Shown: positions 1 to 9,198, numbered from the stretch's first letter. The stretch is DNA of 64,000 nt from Candidatus Hydrogenedentota bacterium (GCA_034408725.1 JAWXCN010000182.1:41443-105442); one strand, 5' to 3'. The notes: a model not told the origin generated them from the sequence alone. A program made the numbers and translations.

Positions 1-2
1 CG

Positions 3-509
3 GCGAAGGCTGACGCGCGCGTCATTGCCGTGACACAAAGCGATCCGCTGGCGTTGGTGGCCGCAGGCAAACTGCGCGAAGATTTATATTATGCAATCGC
101 GATCGGCCGGCTGGATGTGCCGCCGTTACGAGACCGGCTCGATTGTATTCTTCCGCTCGCGCATGGATTCATGGCAGAAGCCCGCGAACGTTATGATCGG
201 CCTGCTGCCCAATTCTCAACGGAGTTCAAACAAGCCCTGCTCGATTGCGCGTGGCCGGGGAATCTTCGCCAGCTTCGCAATACGATTGAACATTCCGTTG
301 TGTTTGGGCCAAACCGCGAGCTGGGAATTGAAGACTTGCCCGAGGAAATCATTTCGTTTCGTTCGGTCCGGCCGAGCCAGGAGCTAACACCCGACGTGCT
401 CAGGGCAATGTTGAAGCGCACGCGTGGCAATCGTTCGGAGGCCGCGGAACTGCTTGGCATAGGGCGCACGACGCTGTGGCGGCTGATGAAACGTTCCAAC
501 ATTGATTGA
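3..509 (+). CDS. Sigma54-dependent enhancer-binding protein, C-terminal part (5'-truncated by window)
   Basis: Frame open from window start; 'G.LREDLYY', 'WPGNLRQLRN' and a Fis-type HTH (GNRSEAAELLGIGRTTLWR). Confidence 0.9.
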   Translation, partial: AKADARVIAVTQSDPLALVAAGKLREDLYYAIAIGRLDVPPLRDRLDCILPLAHGFMAEARERYDRPAAQFSTEFKQALLDCAWPGNLRQLRNTIEHSVVFGPNRELGIEDLPEEIISFRSVRPSQELTPDVLRAMLKRTRGNRSEAAELLGIGRTTLWRLMKRSNID

Positions 510-549
510 TGGTTTCGCCGCTAGCGGTGAGTATTGTGAGAGGATTTTC

Positions 550-2484
550 GTGTACGCCAATTGCATCCGCATTGTAAGTTGCCTGTGGCTTGCCGCGTGC
601 GCATACGCAGACATGCGCGTGCTGGTTACGGGAGAGGCCCCGTTCGCAAGTGTGAGCATCGTGGACGGGGATGTGCCTGTATTCACGCCAATAAATGGGG
701 CTAGCCTGCACATCATCACCCCTTCCCTGGATGTTCCCCTACCGATCACCGAAATCAACACGAGTGACGGCGCTATGAATATCGTGCATGAATTGCTGGA
801 CGTTTACACGATAACGCAGACGTTTAGTCAACGTACTCCGAATCTGATTCAACGGACGGTAACGGTGACCGGCACGAACGACCTCCGATACGTGCTGGAT
901 TTCGGATGGCGTGCGGAGCAGGACGGCGCCTTGTACTCATTTACAGGTGAAGAACCGGAAACTAAAACTTACACTCCGAGTTGCAGCGGGCCGGAATTTG
1001 GCGGCGGATCTCATCAGACTTTTCCATTCGTGGGGTATCTCCATGCGGATATGCTGTATGGATTGATCGGCGACACTCCCGGTCTTTGGGAGAACCGGTG
1101 TTTCATGTCATTCGACACAGCCTCGCGCGCATTGCACCTCGCGAACGGCGACGGCTCGGCGAAGCGCGTTATCAGCATTCCGCGTGAATTGGACGCGACG
1201 ACGGTGTACCGGGCCACGTTCGATGGCTGGCAACATCTTGAAGCGGGGGAGACGCAGACCTACACGACGTGGCTTTTTTCGTCGCCGGCGAAAACGCTCT
1301 ACGATGTTCAAATGGGCGCACACACCGGCCTGGCAAATGCAAAGGGCTGGAACAACTCGGCGCTCGAAGCGATCCTCCGCAATACTTCGTACATGCTTCT
1401 ACGGCGCAATTTGTTGCGCCCCGAATCCGACTATCAATTCATATCCGGCGTTGGGTACGGATGGAAGCAATGGGTCACCGATGGGTTTTACATGAGCCGC
1501 GGCCTGGATGATCCCAAATACGACGCGGCTGCGTTCAACGCAGTATTTTACGACAGAATTGCGTATGAAGATAATGCACAGTACTACTTGATCTGGGCGG
1601 TGCTCGTGAAACGCGCGGGTGGCGACATCGACATGCGCACGGTTGATCGCGCATACCATTTCATGCGCGCAAACGAACGCGACGGACTGTTCCAACCGCC
1701 GCGATTGAAACCGGACCATAAAGGGTTTCGCACCTACCACGATTTACTCGAATACGAGGACGGCGACACGCCATCGTCGAATCAGGGGTTTCATTGCGGC
1801 GCGCTGTTCGCCGCGCGTGAGTTGGGCTATGCCATAACCGACGACGAAATTGCGCGAGCCAAGTCTGGCTACGCGCGCATGTTTAATGTTGATGGCGGGT
1901 ATATGCAGACGAGCCTGATGCAACCGCACCATATTGGCCAGGATTCATTGTATGGCGAAGTGCTTACGTATGCGGTGTTCGGCGAAAAATTATTGCCTGA
2001 TGACATCGTGAAGAAACATCTTGAAACAACGATGCGCATTCAATCGCCCTACGGCATGCGCGTGATTTCCAAGGCCAACGGCGAGCTGCTCGAAGGCCAT
2101 TCGGGAGTTTATGTTTTCGGCGGATCGTGGTTTCTCAATGACTCCGCGAACTACCTTTGCGGCTTGATCCATGGAATGGATCCGCAATGGGTGGATGATC
2201 AACTCGTTTGGCGATTGGAAAAGGAACTCGCGCACATGCCAGCTTTCCACGAGTCGATTAGTACGGTGAACGGCCAGCCGCACGGTCATCATTTGTATTC
2301 GTGGAATTCCGGCTATCACTGGCTGCGTAAGGAAGTCCTGAAACGCTTGAACCATACCGCGCCGGATGCCGTGGAACAACGACTCGACGTGCTATTGGGC
2401 GTGACACGCGCAGACGGTTATCTCGTAGTCGACAACGCGGCCACTGGCACGCTACGCAACGCGGCGAATGCAACGGCGAATTAG
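550..2484 (+). CDS. Secreted hypothetical protein, possibly glycosidase-like (beta-rich N-domain plus helical catalytic domain)
   Basis: GTG at 550 after GAGAGG; signal-peptide-like N-terminus (CLWLAACAYA); aromatic/acidic-rich motifs (GWKQWVTDG, GGSWFLND, LYSWN). Confidence 0.55.
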   Translation: MYANCIRIVSCLWLAACAYADMRVLVTGEAPFASVSIVDGDVPVFTPINGASLHIITPSLDVPLPITEINTSDGAMNIVHELLDVYTITQTFSQRTPNLIQRTVTVTGTNDLRYVLDFGWRAEQDGALYSFTGEEPETKTYTPSCSGPEFGGGSHQTFPFVGYLHADMLYGLIGDTPGLWENRCFMSFDTASRALHLANGDGSAKRVISIPRELDATTVYRATFDGWQHLEAGETQTYTTWLFSSPAKTLYDVQMGAHTGLANAKGWNNSALEAILRNTSYMLLRRNLLRPESDYQFISGVGYGWKQWVTDGFYMSRGLDDPKYDAAAFNAVFYDRIAYEDNAQYYLIWAVLVKRAGGDIDMRTVDRAYHFMRANERDGLFQPPRLKPDHKGFRTYHDLLEYEDGDTPSSNQGFHCGALFAARELGYAITDDEIARAKSGYARMFNVDGGYMQTSLMQPHHIGQDSLYGEVLTYAVFGEKLLPDDIVKKHLETTMRIQSPYGMRVISKANGELLEGHSGVYVFGGSWFLNDSANYLCGLIHGMDPQWVDDQLVWRLEKELAHMPAFHESISTVNGQPHGHHLYSWNSGYHWLRKEVLKRLNHTAPDAVEQRLDVLLGVTRADGYLVVDNAATGTLRNAANATAN

Positions 2485-2723
2485 CGCGGCACCCACAGAA
2501 TCGGATGGCCATTGAAATGTTGGCCGGCGGGTGGCGCGTCGCGCTGCACCCAGGCCGGAAGTTTTCCATTGGCCTTCTGTTTGTCGTAGAACACCGGCCA
2601 CCACTCAGCCGGCAGACGGATCGTTTCACCCGGACCGAGGCGGGTCGCAGCATCCCACGCGGCCCGTTCCACGACATAGCGCACCCGATCGATAGGCATC
2701 AATTCAAAAGCAGTTTTACCCAT
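2481..2723 (-). CDS. Small hypothetical protein (80 aa)
   Basis: ATG at 2723 with GGGAG upstream; stop codon overlaps the convergent upstream gene's stop; protein-like composition. Confidence 0.45.
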   Translation of the reverse strand: MGKTAFELMPIDRVRYVVERAAWDAATRLGPGETIRLPAEWWPVFYDKQKANGKLPAWVQRDAPPAGQHFNGHPILWVPR

Positions 2724-3052
2724 GGTGTGTTGGCTCCCATTCCGCACCACAATACCGTATTTATTACGTTTTTGGAAGACCCTGATTCATTTTTTTTGGC
2801 GTGAACCGGTGTCCAGACTACGCAAAGTGTTGCAACTGCGAGAATGAAATACCGAAATAGGGCAGGATGCTTTCAACCCGGAGGGCGGGAAAATCTGAAA
2901 CTCGCCGTTCCCCTGACGCGGAATCCTGAGGGTAAAATCGTCCTTCAATTATCCGGGTTCTGTTTTTGCGGGAAAGAGAATTCCCCGCCAATTGCATTTC
3001 TTGGTTAAACTTTGTTCGTGGGGGATGATAAAGAAGTCATGGGTGGGTAAGC

Positions 3053-4336
3053 GTGACGTCCGGCTCATTCTATAAAGCCGTCTGGCGCTGGCATTTTTAT
3101 GCCGGCCTTTTCTCGATGCCGTTCTTGCTCTTACTTTCGGCAACGGGCGCAATTTATCTATTCGACACACAAATCGAGGAAATTCTATACAGGGAGTATT
3201 TTTTCGTTGCGCCCGCATCCACCCGCGCACTGAGCCTTTCTGCGATACGCGCGGCGTCGCTGGGCCTAGGGGAGGGAGAAAAGCCCATCACGTATTTCCC
3301 TCCCGCCGCGCCGGACCGATCGTCCGCGTTCACGATTCTGAACGAGAGAAACGAGATTCGAAACGTATACATAAATCCGTACACGGGTACCGTGCTTGGT
3401 TCGATTTCAGGCAACGAGCGGCTCATGTTTACGATCAAGCGGCTTCACAACCTCGAGATTGCCGGGGTGATCGGAAACAGAATGGTCGAGTGCATTGCGG
3501 GATGGGCGATGATTCTATTTATTTCCGGCGTCTACCTCTGGTGGCCAAAATCCATTCGCGATGCAGTGCGCGTTCGCGGCGGGCCCGGGCAACGAAGTTT
3601 CTGGCGCGACTTGCATCGTGTCGCCGGTATCGCGGCGGGCGGCGTGATTTGTTTTCAGGCCGCGACGGGGTTGCCGTGGTCGGGCGTCTGGGGGGATTTC
3701 CTGCGAAGGGGGATCGAGGCTGCGGGCCAGGGGATTCCTCCATTGGTGCGCGATGACCGGCCCGAGTCGATTCTACCGCGGAGTGAAGCTGCCTCCTCCG
3801 ACATTGGTTTGGACAGGATAGTCGCCTTTGCCGAAACACTTGGCATGCCGCCGGGCTATGGCGTATCCATTCCTTCGACTCCGCAAAGTGTATATACGGC
3901 AATGACTCTAACGCCGGACGATCCAGCGGATCAGCGGGTTATTCACTTCGACCGCTATTCTGGAGAAGTGATCGCCGATATCGGATTCCGGGAGTATGGC
4001 GGCGCGTCGAGGCTCGTTGAATTGGGAATGGCTGTCCACATGGGAAACTATTTTGGAACGGCGAACCGGCTTCTCATGCTTGCCGCATGCATCGGCGTTT
4101 GGGTGCTTGCGGCGACAGGGATCGTGATGTGGTGGAAACGGCGGCCGAAGAGCGGCGGTCTCGTCACGCCACCACAGCCTGAGCGGCGAGAAGCGCGTGC
4201 GGTGTTTATCGTCACAGTGATCATTTCGCTGTTGTTCCCGCTGACCGCTTTGTCGCTTGTGATGCTTGTCGTAGTGGACCGATTCGCGCTCGCGGGATGG
4301 GGCAGACTTCGAAATGCCCCTCCTCGCGCATCCTAG
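3053..4336 (+). CDS. PepSY-associated TM helix protein (iron-regulated membrane protein family)
   Basis: WRWHFYAGL, 'YINPYTG', 'FWRDLH', 'TGLPWS', 'VHMG', 'MWWKRRP' with several TM helices. Confidence 0.9.
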   Translation: MTSGSFYKAVWRWHFYAGLFSMPFLLLLSATGAIYLFDTQIEEILYREYFFVAPASTRALSLSAIRAASLGLGEGEKPITYFPPAAPDRSSAFTILNERNEIRNVYINPYTGTVLGSISGNERLMFTIKRLHNLEIAGVIGNRMVECIAGWAMILFISGVYLWWPKSIRDAVRVRGGPGQRSFWRDLHRVAGIAAGGVICFQAATGLPWSGVWGDFLRRGIEAAGQGIPPLVRDDRPESILPRSEAASSDIGLDRIVAFAETLGMPPGYGVSIPSTPQSVYTAMTLTPDDPADQRVIHFDRYSGEVIADIGFREYGGASRLVELGMAVHMGNYFGTANRLLMLAACIGVWVLAATGIVMWWKRRPKSGGLVTPPQPERREARAVFIVTVIISLLFPLTALSLVMLVVVDRFALAGWGRLRNAPPRAS

Positions 4337-4503
4337 CGGAAGACCAATAACCCGAACTCAAGGCTCTCACCCGATACGCCGCTACACACCGTCAGAATTC
4401 CTGCTGAACAGGTTGTATATCGGTTTGTATAATCTTTTTACGATTCCCTGACAACTCTGCGCCGAGCGAAGGATAGACTGGCAAAATAGGAGGTACAGGA
4501 AAA

Positions 4504-4890
4504 ATGAAAACCCTACTCAAGTTTGCCGCAGTGATCAGTTCCTCATTACTCGTCGCGGGATTTGTAATGTACCGTGCGAGCACACGGGCAGATGCAACGC
4601 CACCCGATAAGAGGACTGGGGTAACGTATTCCCTCGGTTCGACGCCAACACTCATGCCAGGGTCGAAGAGCGCAATGCCATTTCCGTCACAACCTGCAAA
4701 CGCGCAAGCCGGCGCGGAGCAATCGCGCACGCTATGGCACGGCACAAAGAGTGGCGCGGTTGCAAGACCTGCTGATGTGCCATTGAACAGTTTGGAAAAG
4801 GAAAACTCCGTTGAAGTGAATTCATCGCCGGGTCCCGTCCAACTCCTTCCCGGATCGAAGTCGATGGTGATTCGCGGGGAATCGCAATGA
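4504..4890 (+). CDS. Membrane-anchored/secreted low-complexity protein with three LxxG[ST]KS repeats
   Basis: AGGAGG/AGGA RBS upstream; hydrophobic N-terminal helix; repeats LMPGSKS, LWHGTKS, LLPGSKS; ATGA overlap with next gene. Confidence 0.8.
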   Translation: MKTLLKFAAVISSSLLVAGFVMYRASTRADATPPDKRTGVTYSLGSTPTLMPGSKSAMPFPSQPANAQAGAEQSRTLWHGTKSGAVARPADVPLNSLEKENSVEVNSSPGPVQLLPGSKSMVIRGESQ

Positions 4891-5714
4891 ACGGCGTGTC
4901 GGCACTGCTGCTGTCCAGCGCGGCAAGTTTTCTATTTCTCTTCCTCGTGTTCCGGCCCTTGGAAACGGCATTCCCCGCGAAGACGGGCCAGCGTTTTTTC
5001 CGTCCAGAATGGTGGACGGACCTCTGCTTCTTTCTGGGACAATACCTGTTGTGGAGCGGTGTCGTCATAGGCATGCTGACATATTTTGGCGGCGGGCTGC
5101 GGGCGATGCTTCCCATCGGGTTTCGCGATGCCGTTGCGGGGCAACCGTGGTGGCTTCAGGCAGTGGAAGTAGTGTTGTTGAGCGATCTGGTGGTGTATTG
5201 GGGCCATCGTATTCAACACCGCGTGCCGGTGCTGTGGCGTTTCCACTCGATTCATCACAGCGCGGAACATCTCGACTGGCTCGCCGCGCACCGGGAACAT
5301 CCGGTGGATACCGTGTATACCTTGGGGCTGATCAATTTGCCCGTGTTCTTCCTGGGATTTCCAATGGAGACGTTGGGAGGCCTGATTGCGTTTCGCGGCA
5401 TTTGGGCGATCTACATTCACTCGAATGTGCGATTGCCGATTGGGCCGTTGCGTATGCTCATTGGCGCGCCCGAATTGCATCACTGGCATCACGACCGGGA
5501 CCGGCATGCGGGCAACTATGCGAACATATCGCCGCTGATGGATGTGCTATTCGGAACATATCAGTGCCCAGATCGCGAACCCGAACGGTTTGGCATCAAC
5601 GAGCGCATTTCGCGAAGTTATTTCGGGCAGATGATCCATCCGTTCCGGGGAACAAGAGTTGAATTGGATACTGTGGAATTCGATCGAACGCGCCGTGAAC
5701 CTACTCCGGGTTAA
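4887..5714 (+). CDS. Sterol desaturase / fatty-acid hydroxylase family di-iron membrane enzyme
   Basis: His boxes HRIQH, HSIHH, (YI)HSN, HHWHH; 'NYA...DVLFGT'. Confidence 0.93.
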   Translation: MNGVSALLLSSAASFLFLFLVFRPLETAFPAKTGQRFFRPEWWTDLCFFLGQYLLWSGVVIGMLTYFGGGLRAMLPIGFRDAVAGQPWWLQAVEVVLLSDLVVYWGHRIQHRVPVLWRFHSIHHSAEHLDWLAAHREHPVDTVYTLGLINLPVFFLGFPMETLGGLIAFRGIWAIYIHSNVRLPIGPLRMLIGAPELHHWHHDRDRHAGNYANISPLMDVLFGTYQCPDREPERFGINERISRSYFGQMIHPFRGTRVELDTVEFDRTRREPTPG

Positions 5715-5768
5715 GCCCGGCTGGTTCGGCGATCATGCAAATTCAGAATCCGAAGTGAGCACGTCCTC

Positions 5769-7076
5769 CTAAATCTCCACCGCATCGGCATGAGACGTTG
5801 CATGGAGCCGCAGCACCGCGCTGCGCAAGGTGCTTTGTGTCAGACCGAGAATGCGCAACGCTTCCGTGCAATCGGCTTCGAGGTTGCGCTCCATTTGGAC
5901 GATATGATGGGCCAGCGCGGTCACCGCGACGGTGTCATGCGATTTCGGCGCGCTTTCGGGCGTATTCATGAAGCGGATCGTGTTCAGCACCGGTTCGGGC
6001 AGACCCCAGGCCGCGGCAAGCTCGGACCCGGCGTCACTCTCCGTAATTCCATACAATTCCAATTCACGTTGACGGCGCAGGCCGGCGGGATGAATGTTGA
6101 AAACGTCGGGATAGTTTGCGAAATCGAGATGGAGCAGGGCGAGCGACCCGATGCTGTGCAACAAGGCCGCTTCGTAGATGCCTGGCGCCGCGACGTTCGC
6201 GTAATTCTTTGCGATGTTCCCCGCGGTTTCCGCTACTGCCACGGCAGTCTCCCGCCACGCGGTGTACGTGGGTTCAGCGAAGCGTAGCTGTGTATCGAAA
6301 GTGGTTAGAGACTGGACAGTTTCAATCACGGCGCTCAGTCCGAGAATGCGGATGGCGTCGTGCCGGTCTACGATCTGTCTCCTGCACGTCCACTCCCGCG
6401 CGTTTGCAGTCGCGAGCACATGGGCCAACGCGATAGGGTCGCGGGACAAGATGTTCGCGGCGCGTTCCGCGTTGATCCCGCCTACACCTCCGAGCATTGA
6501 GAATCGGCCTTTGGTGTGGCGGGAAATCGGAAGTGACTCCAAAGCACGAACTCGGGAAAGGGTCTGCTGCGCGTTTGTTAGGGCTGAATTCTTGGATGGG
6601 GCGGGACTACTCGATCGCCCGACGGTTTGAACCGAATTCAATATCTCATAATCCAAGGGATACATGGTATGCGCCGCTTCGCGAAATTCCTTCGCGCGGC
6701 ACAACACAGGTTTGACCCGGAGTCCTGTCAACGTCTCGGCAGCCTGGATACCCTCGATGTCAAACGGATAGACCATGACGACGGTGAGCAGGCGGCCAAG
6801 CCGATCGACCGGGAGCATTTCATGTTTCAGAACAAGGTCGCGTGGCAGCAAGTTGGCGACGTGATCGGAGACCTTGCAGTTGACGGGATTGAATGCAGGC
6901 ACGCCACGCCGCGCGAGAAAGCGGTAAAAGTCGTCCGGGGCCAGCGAACCCATCTCCACGAGAATGCCGACTGTTTTTCCGCCCCGGCTTTGCTGATATT
7001 CGAGGGCCTGAGCCAGTTGGAATTCACTGATAAGATCAGCTTCGACAAGCAAATCTCCGACACGCGTGCATGACAT
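5769..7076 (-). CDS. MshEN (T2SSE-N/GSPII-N) plus HDOD domain protein
   Basis: N-terminal RVGDLLVEADLISEFQLAQALEYQ; HDOD motifs 'ILSRDP..LA..LATAN', 'AIRILG', 'ALLHSIG', 'WGLPE'. Confidence 0.85.
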   Translation of the reverse strand: MSCTRVGDLLVEADLISEFQLAQALEYQQSRGGKTVGILVEMGSLAPDDFYRFLARRGVPAFNPVNCKVSDHVANLLPRDLVLKHEMLPVDRLGRLLTVVMVYPFDIEGIQAAETLTGLRVKPVLCRAKEFREAAHTMYPLDYEILNSVQTVGRSSSPAPSKNSALTNAQQTLSRVRALESLPISRHTKGRFSMLGGVGGINAERAANILSRDPIALAHVLATANAREWTCRRQIVDRHDAIRILGLSAVIETVQSLTTFDTQLRFAEPTYTAWRETAVAVAETAGNIAKNYANVAAPGIYEAALLHSIGSLALLHLDFANYPDVFNIHPAGLRRQRELELYGITESDAGSELAAAWGLPEPVLNTIRFMNTPESAPKSHDTVAVTALAHHIVQMERNLEADCTEALRILGLTQSTLRSAVLRLHATSHADAVEI

Positions 7077-7132
7077 AGCCTGGTCCTCTCACCGGTGATA
7101 TTCACCTTTGTTGAGCGCGCTGGAGCTTGGAG

Positions 7133-7149
7133 TGCAACAACCGCGCCAA
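7133..7149 (-). promoter_or_regulatory. Sigma54 -24/-12 promoter for the MshEN-HDOD gene
   Basis: Minus strand TTGGCGCGGTTGTTGCA = GG-N10-GC, about 57 nt upstream of the ATG. Confidence 0.75.
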
Positions 7150-7424
7150 TTCCCGATATGAGAGGGCGCATGCGACTAATGTCACGTATGGCAAGGGTTT
7201 TCATCCGATCCTGAACAGCACATTCTCGGTGACAGGAGAAATTTATATCGGCAAGTTGTCACTCCTGAATAACAATTACTCGCCGGAGCGCATGATTGCG
7301 CGAATCAAAGCCGTGGTTAGATCGCAAATGGCTTGACGATTCTTTTTTCCTCAATGCGCGCCATGATAAACTGACGCGTTTATGTCGCGTTTCCATGACG
7401 CGCAGATTTCAGGGAAAGACACCG

Positions 7425-8531
7425 ATGCCGTTTGAACAGTTAGACCGCACAAAAGTTATGTGTAAGCCTTTGGCCCAACGGGCCAATAAGGTGCATATCG
7501 AAAGCGATCATGTTTCCCCCGGGACCCAACCCCGCCCACTGAATGAAAATGCCCAACACATCGTTCGTGAGATTGTCGAGCGCCTCAAACACGCGAAAGA
7601 CAAAGGCGCGTCGCGCATGCTTACCTTTGGAGCGCACGCGATAAAGAACGGACTCGGACCCGTTTTTGCGAAACTCATCGAAGAAGGTTGGATAACGCAT
7701 CTCGCGACGAATGGCGCCGGCATTATTCATGACTGGGAATTCGCGTACCTCGGACACAGCAGCGAAGACGTGCGCGCCAACGTGACGAAGGGAGAATTCG
7801 GAACGTGGGAGGAAACGGGCTTCTACATCAATCTTGCGATTCTCGCTGGCGCGTTCAACGGTTTCGGGTATGGAGAAAGTGTTGGGGCGTTGGTCGAAAA
7901 CGAGGGATTGGAAATTCCATCTGAAGCCGAGCTCACGGACCTTGTGAAGTTTCACGTTGAGTCCGAACCTGACCGTGCGGCGGCGGCGGCGGACTTTTTG
8001 TCCCACGTGCGGAGTTTTGGTCTTGAAGCGGGCTGGATGTCCGTGCCGCATCCGTTCAAGCAGTACGGATTGCAAAGCGCAGCGTACCGGCTCGGAGTGC
8101 CGTATACAGGGCATCCCATGATAGGACACGACATTATTTACGTGCATCCGATGAACAATTGCGCGGCGATTGGCCGCGCGTCGCAACGTGATTTCCTTTC
8201 GTTCGCGCAGAATATATCCAAACTCGAGGACGGCGTCTACATTTCGATTGGTTCGGCGGTGATGTCGCCGATGATATTCGAGAAGTCATTGTCCATGGCG
8301 CAAAATATCGCCATTCAAGCGGGAGGGCATATCGACAATCATTTTATGGCGATTGTGGATTTGGCGGAATCGCACTGGGACTGGACCAAAGGCGAACCGC
8401 CTGCCGATAATCCCGACTATTATTTGCGATACAACAAGACCTTCGCGCGGATGGGCGGGACCATGCGATACTTGTCGGCGGACAATCGCGATTTTTTGTT
8501 GACGCTTGTTCATGCTTTGGAAAACGGATGA
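7425..8531 (+). CDS. Deoxyhypusine-synthase-like fold protein of unknown function
   Basis: GAHAIKNGLGP, LATNGAGIIHDWE, EETG, IGHDIIYVHP, IGSAVMSP.IFEK motifs; ATG 7425. Confidence 0.65.
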   Translation: MPFEQLDRTKVMCKPLAQRANKVHIESDHVSPGTQPRPLNENAQHIVREIVERLKHAKDKGASRMLTFGAHAIKNGLGPVFAKLIEEGWITHLATNGAGIIHDWEFAYLGHSSEDVRANVTKGEFGTWEETGFYINLAILAGAFNGFGYGESVGALVENEGLEIPSEAELTDLVKFHVESEPDRAAAAADFLSHVRSFGLEAGWMSVPHPFKQYGLQSAAYRLGVPYTGHPMIGHDIIYVHPMNNCAAIGRASQRDFLSFAQNISKLEDGVYISIGSAVMSPMIFEKSLSMAQNIAIQAGGHIDNHFMAIVDLAESHWDWTKGEPPADNPDYYLRYNKTFARMGGTMRYLSADNRDFLLTLVHALENG

Positions 8532-8537
8532 CACTTC

Positions 8538-9197
8538 GTGCCCACGCTTAATTCTATTGAACAAACGATTCTCGACGGTATGCTGGCCCGCAGGCCAGAC
8601 CTGAAACATTGCGCGGACTCCATCGTATTGTTGCACGACAGACTTGTCCGGATGTACGACGCCGGCGGAAAGCTGCTGGTGTGTGGAAACGGCGGGAGCA
8701 ATGCAGATGCCATGCACATTGCGGGCGAGCTATGCAAAAGCTTCGAGCGAAAGCGGACCCTGTCGGTATCGTTCGCGAAGAAACTGCGGTCGCTGCCTTG
8801 TGGCGAGGAGCTTGCCAATCACCTCGAGTCCGGTCTCGCGGCGATACCACTCGGATTTAACGGATCGCTGAAGACGGCTGTAGAAAACGATATTGGATTG
8901 CGCGATATTGCGTTCGCGCAGGAAGCGATGGCGCTTGCAAAGCCAGACGACATTATTTTAGGCATATCGACGTCCGGGAATGCGACAAACTGCCTGATGG
9001 CCATGTCGGTGGTGAAGGCGCTGGGCGGTACGACGGTGTCGTTGACGGGTCCCCGCGGCGGCACAATGGCGGGGTTTGCCGATATAGCGATCAAGGCCCC
9101 GGGCGATTCGGTGAAGGTTATTCAGGAAGCGCATCTCGTGCTTTACCACACCATCTGCGCGATGATTGAGGCGCACTACTTCCCAGAGCCGCGGTAG
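8538..9197 (+). CDS. gmhA: SIS-domain phosphoheptose (sedoheptulose-7-P) isomerase
   Basis: CGNGGSNADAMHIAGEL, 'ND', 'GISTSGN', 'IQEAHL..YH.IC'. Confidence 0.85.
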   Translation: MPTLNSIEQTILDGMLARRPDLKHCADSIVLLHDRLVRMYDAGGKLLVCGNGGSNADAMHIAGELCKSFERKRTLSVSFAKKLRSLPCGEELANHLESGLAAIPLGFNGSLKTAVENDIGLRDIAFAQEAMALAKPDDIILGISTSGNATNCLMAMSVVKALGGTTVSLTGPRGGTMAGFADIAIKAPGDSVKVIQEAHLVLYHTICAMIEAHYFPEPR

Positions 9198-9198
9198 C

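Noticed and set aside
2875-2960. Glycine or cobalamin riboswitch (GAAGG...CTCAGG on the minus strand)
   Set aside because: Lacks the GGAGA/CCGAAG core and the B12-box; kept only as a generic structure candidate
2818-2997. 59-aa minus-strand ORF (MQLAGNSL...)
   Set aside because: No convincing RBS or motif; plausible by chance
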